From positions 7,049,216 through 7,113,215 of the forward strand of contig NC_068982.1 of the NCBI RefSeq assembly GCF_001194135.2: DNA of 64,000 bases, written 5' to 3'. Source of the stretch: Octopus bimaculoides (taxonomy: Eukaryota). This document shows, piece after piece, positions 38,671 to 50,356 of the stretch. The translations under genes were made by a program, and so were the position numbers. A model generated the notes under the pieces. It had not been told where the DNA came from and did no database searches. It worked only from the letters and a program-made list of their open reading frames with translations. How positions within the stretch are numbered: position 1 is the first letter of the stretch; every line of letters starts with the position of its first letter.

Positions 38671-39397
38671 TTTGCCTACCAAATCCACTCACAAGTCTTT
38701 AGTCGGCCCAAAGTACTTTCCCAGGAATCCACAGAACCACGCTTATAAAATTTCTTCAAAACTGAAAAATATCTTCATCCCTTTTCCCTGAATTTCATCA
38801 CAGCTTCGGTTGTGACCCATGTCTCACGTGATCGCTGGAACCTACTAGAAATAATCACTATAGCTCAATGAAACAGCACCCTACCACCATGTGAAAAAGA
38901 TAGAAGGTTATAGCTGTTATGTAACTAATCGGCAGTCAGCTAAATTCAAAACGTTCATCGGGCTGACAGATATCTTTTGAACAACCACGACCAGAATATG
39001 ATGGAAAACGCTATTCCGAGTGAGAGGTAGAGACAGAGTCATGATTGCAACATCCAAAGATATAAAATAATAGTTCACTAAATTATGAAACGCAGGTGTA
39101 TCTAGTCTTATGCACATAAATATTTAACAAGATATGACTGATTTGCGTTAAATGTACAAAATCTTATAAAGTGCGTTCTGTCATCATCTCGTCTTTTCGA
39201 TGCTGGCCAATATCATCCGAAATTCACCTGACCTGTTTTGTTTCTAATATAGAGAAATTTGAAAGAGATTTCGTTGTTATTTCTAGTAAATAAAACAAAC
39301 CTTGTTGAGGGTCCCTAACACACAACACACATTTATATAACATGCACACACAAACACACACACACACATCAGACACACATACGTATATTGATGTAGG

Positions 39398-39429
<32 letters not shown>

Positions 39430-39607
39430 CGTATATATGCTGTACGTATATAGCTTCCCTGTTAGTACACAGACTTGTGCTTCTTTGCGGATAAGAGGGT
39501 TTTTAACTCTCATCTCTAGCAATGTAGATACTACCTTGCACCGTCAGTCACAGTTAGTGACAATTGAGTTCTTTTTTGACTTTATATTGCGTATAGCTTC
39601 CTTTCGT

Positions 39608-39698
<91 letters not shown>

Positions 39699-40194
39699 TA
39701 TACATATATACACGCACATATACACACAAGTAAATAGATATATACTTCTGTGTATATATATCTGTGTGTATGTATATGTGTCTGTGTTTGTGTTTGCGTG
39801 TGTGTGTGTGTATGTGTGTATGTGTGAGTGCGTGTGTGTATTTGCGTGTGTAAGGAAACTACAGTAAGTAATGCTATTCCTACACATCCTCAACAAAAGA
39901 CAGAAATGGCCGCGGTCGGAATATCCTTGATTGTTGATCTGCTTGATCAAGACCCAACTTAGATTATTCGGCGAAACTAAAGAAGCATAGGATAAAAGAA
40001 TAATAGTTTAATCCAGTGGTTTTCAAACGGGGTCCATAAAACCCTTAAAGGTGCATAATATAAGATTTCATCGTTAGAATTTATCTACAATAGGTTGGTT
40101 ATACTTCTTCAATGCACAAAATATTTTAACTGTGAGGGTGAGAGGTTAGATTAATTCTGGGGACATTCAGAACCAGGAAAAGGGAAGCTCTGCT

Positions 40195-40810
40195 ACACCT
40201 ATGGAAACCTTTCGTTCTCAGCAGCTTGGACTACTGCTCCAGCTATGGTCCCCAGAGAGTGTGAAACAAACTGTGGAACTCGAGGCAATCCAGCGCCAAT
40301 GCACAAAGATTGACTCGATGCAAAACGTGGGCTACTGGGAGAGGCTAAAGGAGCTGAGTCTCTATTCCCTTGAGAGAAGACGAGAGAGATATGCGGTGGT
40401 ACATATTTGGAAGATCTTGGATGGTTTAGCTCCCAATTTTGTAATTGACAGCTATACCAATCCTCGAACTGGACGGCGCTGCATACAGTAAAGATCCGTC
40501 TTTCCCATTTAAAATAAGGACACAGTACTGGAATAGTCTGGGTTTCAAGGGCCCGCAAACGTTCAACATCCTTCCAGGCAACCTTAGAGATCTACATGGT
40601 GTTCACGTGGAAGTTTTCAAGGAACGTCTGGACAGGTTTCTATCTGAGATACCAGATGAACCCACATGGTGGCAGGAGACACAAAGAAAAGCAGCTCCGT
40701 CCAACACGCTACTTCACCAAAAACAATAACGGAAATAACACCGAGTAACTACAGGTGGTGTACCAGCAGGACCTCAGCCTCGAGCTGAAACCAGTTAAAG
40801 ATAAAAGATA
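40195..40810 (+). mobile_element. CR1-clade LINE, 5'-truncated, with intact 3' end
   Basis: LEAIQR...YWERLKELSLYSLERRRERY...FNILPGNLRDLH...FKERLDRFLSEIPDEP; tail GGTGGTGTACCAGCAGGACCTCAG...CTGAAACCAGTTAAAGATAAAAGATA. Confidence 0.92.
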
Positions 40811-41685
40811 ACCGTTTTATTGAATGCAGTTCCTAATAATATTTAATTATAAAAATATAAAATTTTTAAAAACATGAAATGGCTAAAGTATGATCGAAGC
40901 GGCACCATAGATGGAAATATGTCAGAGAAACCTGACTTGAATCGATCACCAGAGTTTGACCAAGATATTAACAATCCTTGGTGCCTTGGACAGGATTTAG
41001 TCTGTTGCAGCTATTTCGACCAAGTATCTGGTTTGATTTTCCTCTCTTCTTTCTGTGAGGCTAGGCAGCCCTGGAAAGTTAAACGATGTTGGACACGGTC
41101 CCATTTCTTCTGAACTAAACGTTAATACATATCTGTAGTTGCGTGTAAAATAAATGGAAAATGCCAGGGTTATTTAAATGGTATACACCATTAATACAAG
41201 AAGCTTATATTTATCGCTATGTCCAACCTAACCGAACTATCATCAAATATATTCCTACCATGACAATTCTAGTTTGCCTTTAGAAATAGTGTATCTAGAA
41301 CCACATTCTGCAACGCGCCTTTCATTTTCCAAAAATGATGGTGGATTTAGCTGCATTTTTTCGGCAGATAAAGCGACTAATGGCTCTACATTTGACTCGA
41401 CATTATCAGTTGTAAAGGTAACAAGTGTAAAACAGTTAGACAATACCGCCAACTTTTAAGTAGGTAAACCATATTACTAATAGGAAAATAAGAGAACAGT
41501 GTCTCTCTTGGAGGGATAATTAGATGGTCAGTTTGATAAGTATAACAGGCTAAATACCAGGAATAATTCTCTGCTTCAAAGAGGTATTGGAGTCCCACGC
41601 ATCGCTGAAGGCCCGGAGTGGCAAAATCGTTAGAGCATCGGATATATTGTTTTCAAGTATTCATCCTGATTAGTGAGGCGGACTC

Positions 41686-41687
41686 TT

Positions 41688-41783
<96 letters not shown>
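41686..41783. repeat. (CT)n microsatellite
   Basis: Direct reading. Confidence 0.97.
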
Positions 41784-42135
41784 ACTACCCGTCTCTCACT
41801 GAATCATATTTGCAGTTCAAAGGTTCCGCCTTGTGGCATATTGTGTTATGCGGATTTATATCTGAGAAGAACGCCACTTGCTCGTGTATATGTGGATTAG
41901 CCTAGGGCTTAGACGTTCATTAGTATTTCAGTTGATAAAACGGCTCAACTCCCGTCGTCAGAACCGATGTATAATCCAGCAGATATCCTGGAATAGACAA
42001 GGTGGTTATGAAAATTAATATTTGTAAGTCTCACAACGAGAGATATTCAGCAACAGTACTTTGGAGTAAAGATTATTTGCCAACATAACATGGCAGTCCT
42101 GGTTTAGGACAAATGTTGCTGTAATTTAGCCCCAG

Positions 42136-42227
42136 GAGACATCGTCTCCAGCTGGCTGTACGACACGATCTATTCGAAAATATAAGGACACAGATCGTGT
42201 CGTATAGCCAGCTGGAGACGATGTTTC
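42136..42227 (+). repeat. 36-bp inverted repeat with a 20-nt loop
   Basis: 42136-42171 versus the reverse complement of 42192-42227: two differences, both G-T pairs on the plus strand. Confidence 0.92.
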
Positions 42228-42285
42228 ATAAATTTGATCGATCATATCTTACCTGGGATCGAAAGAAAAACAAAAATAATTTATG

Positions 42286-42374
42286 TGCACAGCACACTAA
42301 ATAAAGGGATCCTGCACAGCACACTAAATAAAGGGATCCTGCACAGCACACTAAATAAAGGGATCCTGCACAGC
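42286..42374. repeat. 27-bp minisatellite, 3.3 identical units
   Basis: TGCACAGCACACTAAATAAAGGGATCC at 42286, 42313 and 42340, partial at 42367. Confidence 0.96.
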
Positions 42375-42382
42375 TGCACGAC

Positions 42383-42790
42383 TTTCTTCTTTTATCCTTT
42401 CATTTGTTTCAGTCATTTGACTGCGGCCATGCTGGAGCACCGCCTTTAGTCGAGCAAATCGACACCAGGACTGATTCTTTGTAAGCCTAGTACTTATTCT
42501 ATCGGTCCCTTTTACCGAACCGCTAAGTTACGGGGACGTAAACACACCAGCATCTGTTGTCAAGCGATGTTGGGGGGACAAACACAGACATACAAACATA
42601 TACACACACACACATATATACATATATATGACAGGTTTCTTTTCAGTTTCCGTCTACCAAATTCACTCATAAGGCATTGGTCAGCACGAGGCTATAGTAG
42701 AAGACACCTGCCCAAGGTGCCACACAGTGGGACTGAACGCGAAACCATGTGGTTGGTAAGCAAGCTACTTACCACATACCCACTCTTGCC
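42383..42790 (-). mobile_element. SINE family A, near full length (about 410 bp)
   Basis: tRNA-like head, CACCTTGGGCAGG CORE-like motif, internal TA/GT tract, GATAGAATAAGTACTAGG module and CR1-like tail. Confidence 0.93.
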
Positions 42791-43259
42791 AGAAAAAAAA
42801 AACCTTATAGCCTTCAAATTGTACCGTACCGACTTACAGAAAAAAAGAGATTTTATGGAATGCTGAATAAGTTCAACTGCTGAGACACCGAGTAGAACGT
42901 CTACCGTTTTAGGTTCTTACCAGGCATGAAAGAGTTACTGCAAGTTGCCGAAATGTTACACTTTCTTAGCCTCACATCTCCCTTGTTGTTTTATTGCTGC
43001 CTTCACTGATTCTCACCAGTCTCCTGGGATTCCAGAATTTACTTGACTTAATTAAAAATGGGATCGTAAAATGAATGCTCGCACATCTCATGTGGCAAAA
43101 GTGACAACATTAATTAAACGATAACAATATAATTCTATTGAGGTAAAGATAACGTCGTTGAACTGCGGCTGATCAACCGAACAAAAAAACCATAACAACT
43201 AAAAGAGAAAGTAACCACTTTCAAAGTGAAAATAGATATTTGGTGGGATGAAGTATGAC

Positions 43260-43684
43260 CAGCGCTGGATTTTAACCATTGAGCAAAATAAGCACGTTCT
43301 TAGGGCATCAAGGGAAGGAGGGGGCACCACAGAAATGGTCAATGGTTTACGGCACAGAAGAAATCAATTTAAACTCGCTAAAATAATATTAGGGATGCCT
43401 TTATCTCTACTAAGTGTAGATGCAGACGTATTACCTAAGATTAATTTTGAGGATCTGATCAAAGACTACAATTCAAAGTAGGAGGAAACTTTTCAAATAT
43501 AAATAAAGTGGAAGTATACAAAATATTAAACATTATTTTCCCTTTTACTGTTTTGTTTCGTTTTGGAAAATAAAAATTTATTCTATGGTTTGTTATTGTT
43601 TATATTTTGAATTACATAATCTTTTAAGGGGGAACCAAAGTCTTTTAACTGCTTAGGGCCTCGTTGGGTCTTAATCCGGCCTTG
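43260..43684 (+). mobile_element. Non-autonomous hAT deletion derivative with a transposase C-terminal remnant
   Basis: Imperfect TIRs CAGCGCTGGATT / AATCCGGCCTTG, TSD AGTATGAC (43252-43259) and AGTATAAC (43685-43692), and LSLLSVDADVLPKINFEDLIKDY (hAT dimerisation-domain-like). Confidence 0.78.
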
Positions 43685-45995
43685 AGTATAACCAGAAGGT
43701 TGCATTAGACAACATAATTTCTGATAAACAAAAGAGACACGGCGGCCATAGATGTAACTCTCATATCATAGCTCGGCTCGATTGAAGCTGCCCTGACGCT
43801 CAGACTGCAATAAACGTTGACAACATGTCCTGCAGTTTCATACCTCGACGACACTTCACACTCTTCAGCAAAATGGAGAGCTATCAACACTCGTGAAATG
43901 TGCGGACAATATGACCACCGATAACAGGGAAGCAGTGAAATTGTCCCTTAAATCAAGTACAAACATCTTTAAAATAAATATTAAAAAACCTGTATTTAGG
44001 TTAATATTGTCCTAGGTACAAATTAACTAGGACGTGATGGTCATGACTGGATGGAATTTCATAATGAATCTGCACAGTTGGAAATGGTTTTGGTTTTAAA
44101 ATAACACCTGATAGATATGTATTGGATGAGGTAGACTGCGATATAGAAAATAAACGGGGTGGTGATGACTGGAGCATTTTTGATTGTCTTCTTGGTTAGC
44201 ACTGTCTTGGATCGTAAAAATAACAGCGGCAAGCATCCGCGCATACGTATTTATAACGTGTAAACCTTTACTAGAATTCACTCTGTGATACTGTCATATC
44301 AATACATATATGCTATGCACGTAATAGGAGATGAGGAGAAGGAGGGAGAGAGAGAGTCTCCCCAGCCGCTCATTTTCTCTTTCGCTCTCGCTCAAAATTT
44401 AAACGCGCGGTCACACAAACACACTAACACTCTTACTTCTCCCTCCTCTTTCTATGTTTATATATTGATCCAGCTTGGGAGACTTTTAAAGTTGGCCATC
44501 TGCTAGAAATAGCAACAAAATCTCTGCGAAACCGAAATTTAGGGCTTTTAATAAGAAAAAGAAAAAAAAAAGAATGAAAGGAGATATGAGATAATAGGAT
44601 TATCCTCGATGTCCCTAACAATGAGCTTTTGGACATAAACCTCTTCGTACAGGTTCCCGGTCGACCAGCAATTAAACAACATTTATATATATATATACGT
44701 CAAACGCGTGTGGCAGTCTGTGATCTCGTCCGTCTATATGAAGCTTCTTTTTTTTGCGCGCAGACGACACACACACACACACACACGATCGCTCGCGCTC
44801 ATACACTTACACATAAACATGCATAGATGTACACTCATACGCAGAAATGGGTACCTGCGTATACATACATAAACGACATACGTGTAAACATTTAAACGCT
44901 CACAAACACATACATGAACAAATTCATACACACGTGCACATTATGTAAGACATCTATAAACCTCCACAAACGCGTGTATATACAATAATAATAAGAAGAA
45001 GAAGAATAAAAACATAAACGATGGCACACCGTAGAGATATCCACAACCAACACACGTGTAAATATTTATACGTGTGCATACACGCAAACCTGTAAACCTA
45101 TACACATACATGCATTCTCTATAAGCAAACACACATAAATGCATTCTCAAACATACACACACATAAATGCATTCTCAAACATACACACACGAACACACGC
45201 AGAGGAATGTACATCTGCAGATGTCTTCCTAAACACAGAAGTGTAAACGTATGTACACTCACGCATATACGAATATATATGAGCAAATGTCTATAAGCAC
45301 ACACATACACACAGGCTCATACACACTAATACCAACACATACTCTACACCCACGATCATGCATATATGCACACACATACACACACACACATACACACACA
45401 CACACATACAAACAGTTATGCACAGGCACAGAAGTACATATGTACATTTATTTGCAGGCGTGCTTCTACTCACGTCTGCACACACACACACACACACGTA
45501 GGTAGAAAGAGACAGGCCCTCGGACATACGTGCAAGCCCGATGTCACACTGCAGTAGGACGGGAAGTGAACGTTGAAGAGAAATATCAGGAGGCACACTG
45601 ACTTGCTGTTGCAATAGCAAGACTACTAGCAGCACCGAACAGACAAACACACATACACACACACAATCAGTGCACTGACGCGGTTTGTGAGCGATTGCGC
45701 GCACATATATCAAGGCGCCTACAGGCAGGTACAGTTTGAAGGAATTGCGATTGGAACTTCGTTGGTATTGTGGTTAAGAAAGGAGACAAAGGAAAGGAAG
45801 GGAGAACGAATCGGGAATAGGGAAAGTTCAACAGAGAGAAGAAATGAGGACGAAGAAGAAAAGAAAGAATAGGAGAAAGCGGTTTAGAGGTGAACGGCCT
45901 GGGCCGATTGAAACTAAAAGCTTATATACATATCAATAATTCGTAACCTACAAATGCTTCTTTTTTTTTCGAATTTAGGCGGGAATAGTGTAGTC

Positions 45996-46060
45996 CAGTG
46001 GTTCCCAAGTCTTTTATTTAAATGAGTTTTCCCACGAAACACTTTTAATATACCTGTCTT

Positions 46061-46105
<45 letters not shown>

Positions 46106-46188
46106 GAAATTTTGAATTTAGTTGACGGACCCCCAGTACTACCTTTGCGGACCACAGGGATCCGCGGACCACAGGTTGGGAACCACTG
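45996..46188. mobile_element. hAT (Charlie-like) MITE with internal (TA)n
   Basis: TIRs CAGTGGTTCCCAA / TTGGGAACCACTG; the 8-bp flanks match at 5 of 8 positions. Confidence 0.8.
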
Positions 46189-46419
46189 GCATAATCAATT
46201 ATATCGACCCCAATACTTGATTTGTGGTTTTCTATCNNNNNNNNNNNNNNNNNNNNNNNNNNNNNNNNNNNNNNNNNNNNNNNNNNNNNNNNNNNNNNNN
46301 NNNNNNNNNNNNNNNNNNNNNNNNNNNNNNNNNNNNNNNNNNNNNNNNNNNGGGGTCATATCAGATTTTAGTGTCATCGTTTATCTGCAATAAATTGGTC
46401 ATATTTCTACAACACACAA

Positions 46420-46695
46420 AATACAGTTCTATATTTAAGAGAGGAGGAATTATTCACATTATTTACATTTGATGGATATTTGTCTTCATCTTGTTTGTTG
46501 TTAACACAACATTTCGGCTGATATACCTTCCAGCCTTCATCGGATGTCTTGGGGAAATTTCTAAGGCATTTTTCGATGTTGTTATTAACTTTATTATTAG
46601 TATTATTATTCATATCACTGCTTGGATTCGAACTCGGAATCGTGGGGTTAGTAGCCCACGCTCTTAACTACTATGCCATATGCCCGTGGGCATAT
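46420..46695 (-). mobile_element. tRNA-headed element with an (AAT)-rich linker and a decayed hammerhead-like core
   Basis: Head 46685-46616 GGGCATATGGCATAGTAGTTAAGAGC...GAGTTCGAATCC (A and B boxes); core 46543-46512 CCGATGA-A-GGCTG-GAAGGTATAT-CAGCC-GAAA; near-palindrome ATATGCCCGTGGGCATAT at 46678-46695. Confidence 0.65.
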
Positions 46696-46860
46696 TTCAA
46701 CATTTTTTAAATACAGTATATATAGTATATAATTATGAAAATACAAGGGGATTTTTTTTTAAACATCAATGGGTATGAGGCTGCGCCAGAGTCAAATAGG
46801 AATCGAAGAGATCGATATATAAAAAATGTTTGAGAAAAACTGCTCTAGAATATTAACAGC

Positions 46861-47079
46861 CAGTGACGGACTGGCCAGGTTGCCAGCTTGCCCGATGGCA
46901 AGTGGGCCCCTGCGCCATTAGAATCTATATATGGGGGCCTATCCCCTCAAGTTTTAGAATTTTTTATTCACTTCTGGAAGAATGCATTATTTCAGCCTGT
47001 CTGTGTTTGTAGACAGTTGAAAAGAATACTTTTAACAAATAAATAAATAAATTGTAGCATTAGACCCAGTCCGTCACTG
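46861..47079. mobile_element. hAT MITE, 219 bp, perfect 14-bp TIR and 8-bp TSD
   Basis: CAGTGACGGACTGG / CCAGTCCGTCACTG; TTAACAGC at 46853-46860 and 47080-47087. Confidence 0.93.
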
Positions 47080-47519
47080 TTAACAGCAGAACTGAGTTTA
47101 ATGGAGTTTAGATCAAGAATATAGATGCCGAAAGGTATTTTATCCGACTCTGATTAGTAGTGGTAAACGTCTTGACTGGTCTGTAAGGCAAAAATTAAAG
47201 GTCACTTGCTGTGGCTCCTAATGAACTCGACAAATATTGAAGAAACTGGAAAGACCCTAGGTCAGGCTTTTTTAATCTATTTGACTTTGTGGCTCATTGC
47301 AGATTAAGTGAATAATTACGGACCGTATATTGTATGGAAACTTTTTTTTAAAAACTGCTTTAAAGTTTAGAATTTAGAAAAAAAGAACTTCAATATAACA
47401 CAGTTATAAGTACGTTCTATTTTTAAATATAGATTCAAGACGTGCAAGCATCACTCTTATTTTTCTTTAAAACATTCTTCTAAAAATCTGCAGCCTGCTG
47501 TTTAAGAAGTACTGGCTTA

Positions 47520-48230
47520 CATGATCGCTCAGCCTGCTAGAAATAACAGCCAAATCTTCCACTATCATCATTTTGCTGTTGTAAATTAAAAAGAAAACTC
47601 GGTTTGATTACCGCTGGAATAATATTGAATATTGGTCTGTCTCCTTCGATCGAGGCTAACCAAGGGCTAAGAAAACAACAAGAACAACAACAACTACGGC
47701 AACAACTGTAAAATTATAGAGTCGTGTTCAAGTCCAAACAGCCGCAAAGAAAACCAGCAGATTATTGGTTTGAACGAATTAAGACCCAAAAATAGGAAAT
47801 AAATGTACGGTTGAAAAAATTGTGAGAGACAACATAAAACAAGATATTAGAGTTAGATAAACCGGATCACTGAGGCACGATTTCAATTCCCAGCTGAATC
47901 TCTTTGAAATAAATGAATATCGAAAGAATTGAATAAAAAAGTAAATAAAAGTAATTACAGGAAAAAAAATTATCGTTGTACCACATTCAACTTTTCTACC
48001 AAATGATAAATATAGAAATTACTCGGTGGTCCGGCCTGCAAGAAGTAACAGCTAAATCATACTGAAGTGCTATCCTACCGTTTTCAAAAAAGGGAGCCAC
48101 ACTAGATAATGTAGTCCAAGACATACCATACCGGGAAAATGGACGAGAAGATAGTAGGGTAGACTTTATTTAATTAAAACTCATTTAGGGCTAACCTGAT
48201 GATGAATAACGACAAATAACAATAAACAAC
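47520..48230 (+). mobile_element. Fragments of dispersed repeat family G (CTGCTAGAAATA.CAGC...; (AAC)n-like tail)
   Basis: Related segments at about 38830, 44495, 47520, 48025, 48705, 53537 and 55600; class unknown. Confidence 0.5.
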
Positions 48231-48252
48231 AATATTTATATATTTCTTAAGA

Positions 48253-48660
48253 ATGGTGAGCTGGCAGAGTCGTCAGCACACTGGGCGGAAATGGTTAGCG
48301 GCATTTAGACCTTCCTAACATGTTCCGAATTCAAATTGCATCGATTTTTACATTTTATTCATTCGGGGGTCGATAAAACAAGAACCAATTGGGTACTGGG
48401 GTTGAAGCAATTGACTTCCGCATTCAACCGAAATAGCTGACCATGCGCCAAAATTTGAAACCAACGCCGGGGCAAATGCTGAGCGGCATTTCGTCCGTCT
48501 TCATGTTCTGAGTTCAAGTTCTGCCGAGGTCGACTTTGCGTTTCGTTTTTTTCAAGATCGATAAAACAAGTACCAATTTAGTACTGGGGGTCGATGTAAT
48601 CGACTAGTGCCCCTCCCCGAAATTGCTGCTTTGTTTTTGTGCCAAAATTTAACATCAATA
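48253..48660 (+). mobile_element. Two tandem SINE B copies, tail type 2
   Basis: Both end in G(C/T)GCCAAAATTT; the second is head-truncated. Confidence 0.8.
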
Positions 48661-48959
48661 TTTATCTACTTGTTATCAATGAGGGAGCCGCTATATAGCT
48701 TCTTGACCTTGTAGAAACAGCAGTAAAGAAATCTTCCTCAAATCAATATCACATCTCCATAAAAAGGACTATTTTTACGACATTAAATTATCAAAAGGCA
48801 GGATAGTCACGGCTGGAATTATTTAGATTTTGGATGTGCACCGCCAACATCTCAACCACTATTATGATTGATCTGAAGGAGTTAAACAACAACAACAACA
48901 GCAAGAAAACGGCCCTAATTAGTCAAAAAGTAAGCTTTTTGTTTTCCGTTTGTATTTTC

Positions 48960-49130
48960 AAGTGCGGCTCTGTGGTAAGAAGTTTGCTTCCCGATCACAT
49001 GGTTCCGGGTTCAGTCCAACTGTGTAGTAACTTGGACAAGGACTTGGTCGAATTTGGGCATAGCCTCAGGTCGACCAAGTCTTTGCGAGTGGATTTGGTA
49101 GTAGAAAACTGAAAGAAGCCCAGCATATAA

Positions 49131-49184
<54 letters not shown>

Positions 49185-49410
49185 GTGTGTGTGTCTTTGT
49201 GTCTGTGTTTTTCACCCCACCACTGCTGGACAACAGGTGTTGTTTTGTTTACATCCCCGCGAACTAGTGGTTCGGCAAAAGAGACCGATAAAATAAGTAC
49301 CAGGGTTTTAAAAAAATTAATAATAACTGGGGTCGATTCATTCGATTAAAAATTCTTCCGTGCGGTGCAGCAGCATGGCTGCAGTTCAATGAATGAAACA
49401 AGTAAAAGAT
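48960..49410 (+). mobile_element. SINE family A, diverged full-length copy
   Basis: Head, internal (TA)n, GACCGATAAAATAAGTACCAGG, and tail GCGGTGCAGCAGCATGGCTGCAG...GAAACAAGTAAAAGAT. Confidence 0.85.
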
Positions 49411-50039
49411 TTTTAAAAATAACATAAAACAACACACCCACAAAACAACAAAATAAAATTAAAACAACAATAGACATACACAAAGAGGAAGAAACTAAAA
49501 GAGAGTGGAGTAAAAGGGGTTAATATTTCTTTTTTTCTTTTTTTTTTGTCTTTTTTAGACTCACCTGTTTATTAAGAAGTGAATATTAGGAAATAGAACT
49601 GCATTACTCAACATCTGGTACGGCTGGAGGAGATATTTCCCCTGTCTAAATGAGTAAGAAAGAGAAAAAGAAATATATATCATAGAGGTTCTATAATTTC
49701 TCCACTAATTCCTGTCATTCACCTCACATCCTCAACTCCCGTCTGGTGTCTGTGAGTGCCTCTTTGTTCGGCTGTGCCTTCGTACGCGCGCGCCTCAGCG
49801 TGTATATATATGTGTGCATGTGTGCACGTGTGAGCTGCATGGTGTTGAGTGTTTGGTTTATGCTGTTGCGTTTGTTTTATCTTTTATATCATTTACATAT
49901 TTCCTAGGTTATCTTATTTTTTTTTTTAGATATTTCTTTTCCTTCCTTCTAATTGGTCCTTTTTTCTTTTCATATTTAATTATCCGCTTTATCTACAGCC
50001 TTCTCCATTCATTCATTTATTGCTTTTGGCTTCCGTTCT

Positions 50040-50072
<33 letters not shown>

Positions 50073-50082
50073 NNNNNNNNNN

Positions 50083-50133
<51 letters not shown>

Positions 50134-50310
50134 ATACATACATATAATATATATTTACATATATATATTTATTATATGCATGTATAAACACACACACACA
50201 TTCATATATACATACATACATACACACATACATAAATACATACGCACACATATATACATATATACATATGTCTTCCACTTCGTAGCAGTTGGGGATCCCA
50301 ACAAATCGTA

Positions 50311-50356
<46 letters not shown>

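Noticed and set aside
42280-42312. Resemblance of the minisatellite unit (HSTLNK) to the R4 duplicate junction at 18475-18500 (HSTMNK)
   Set aside because: A short AT-rich similarity with gaps, compatible with chance.
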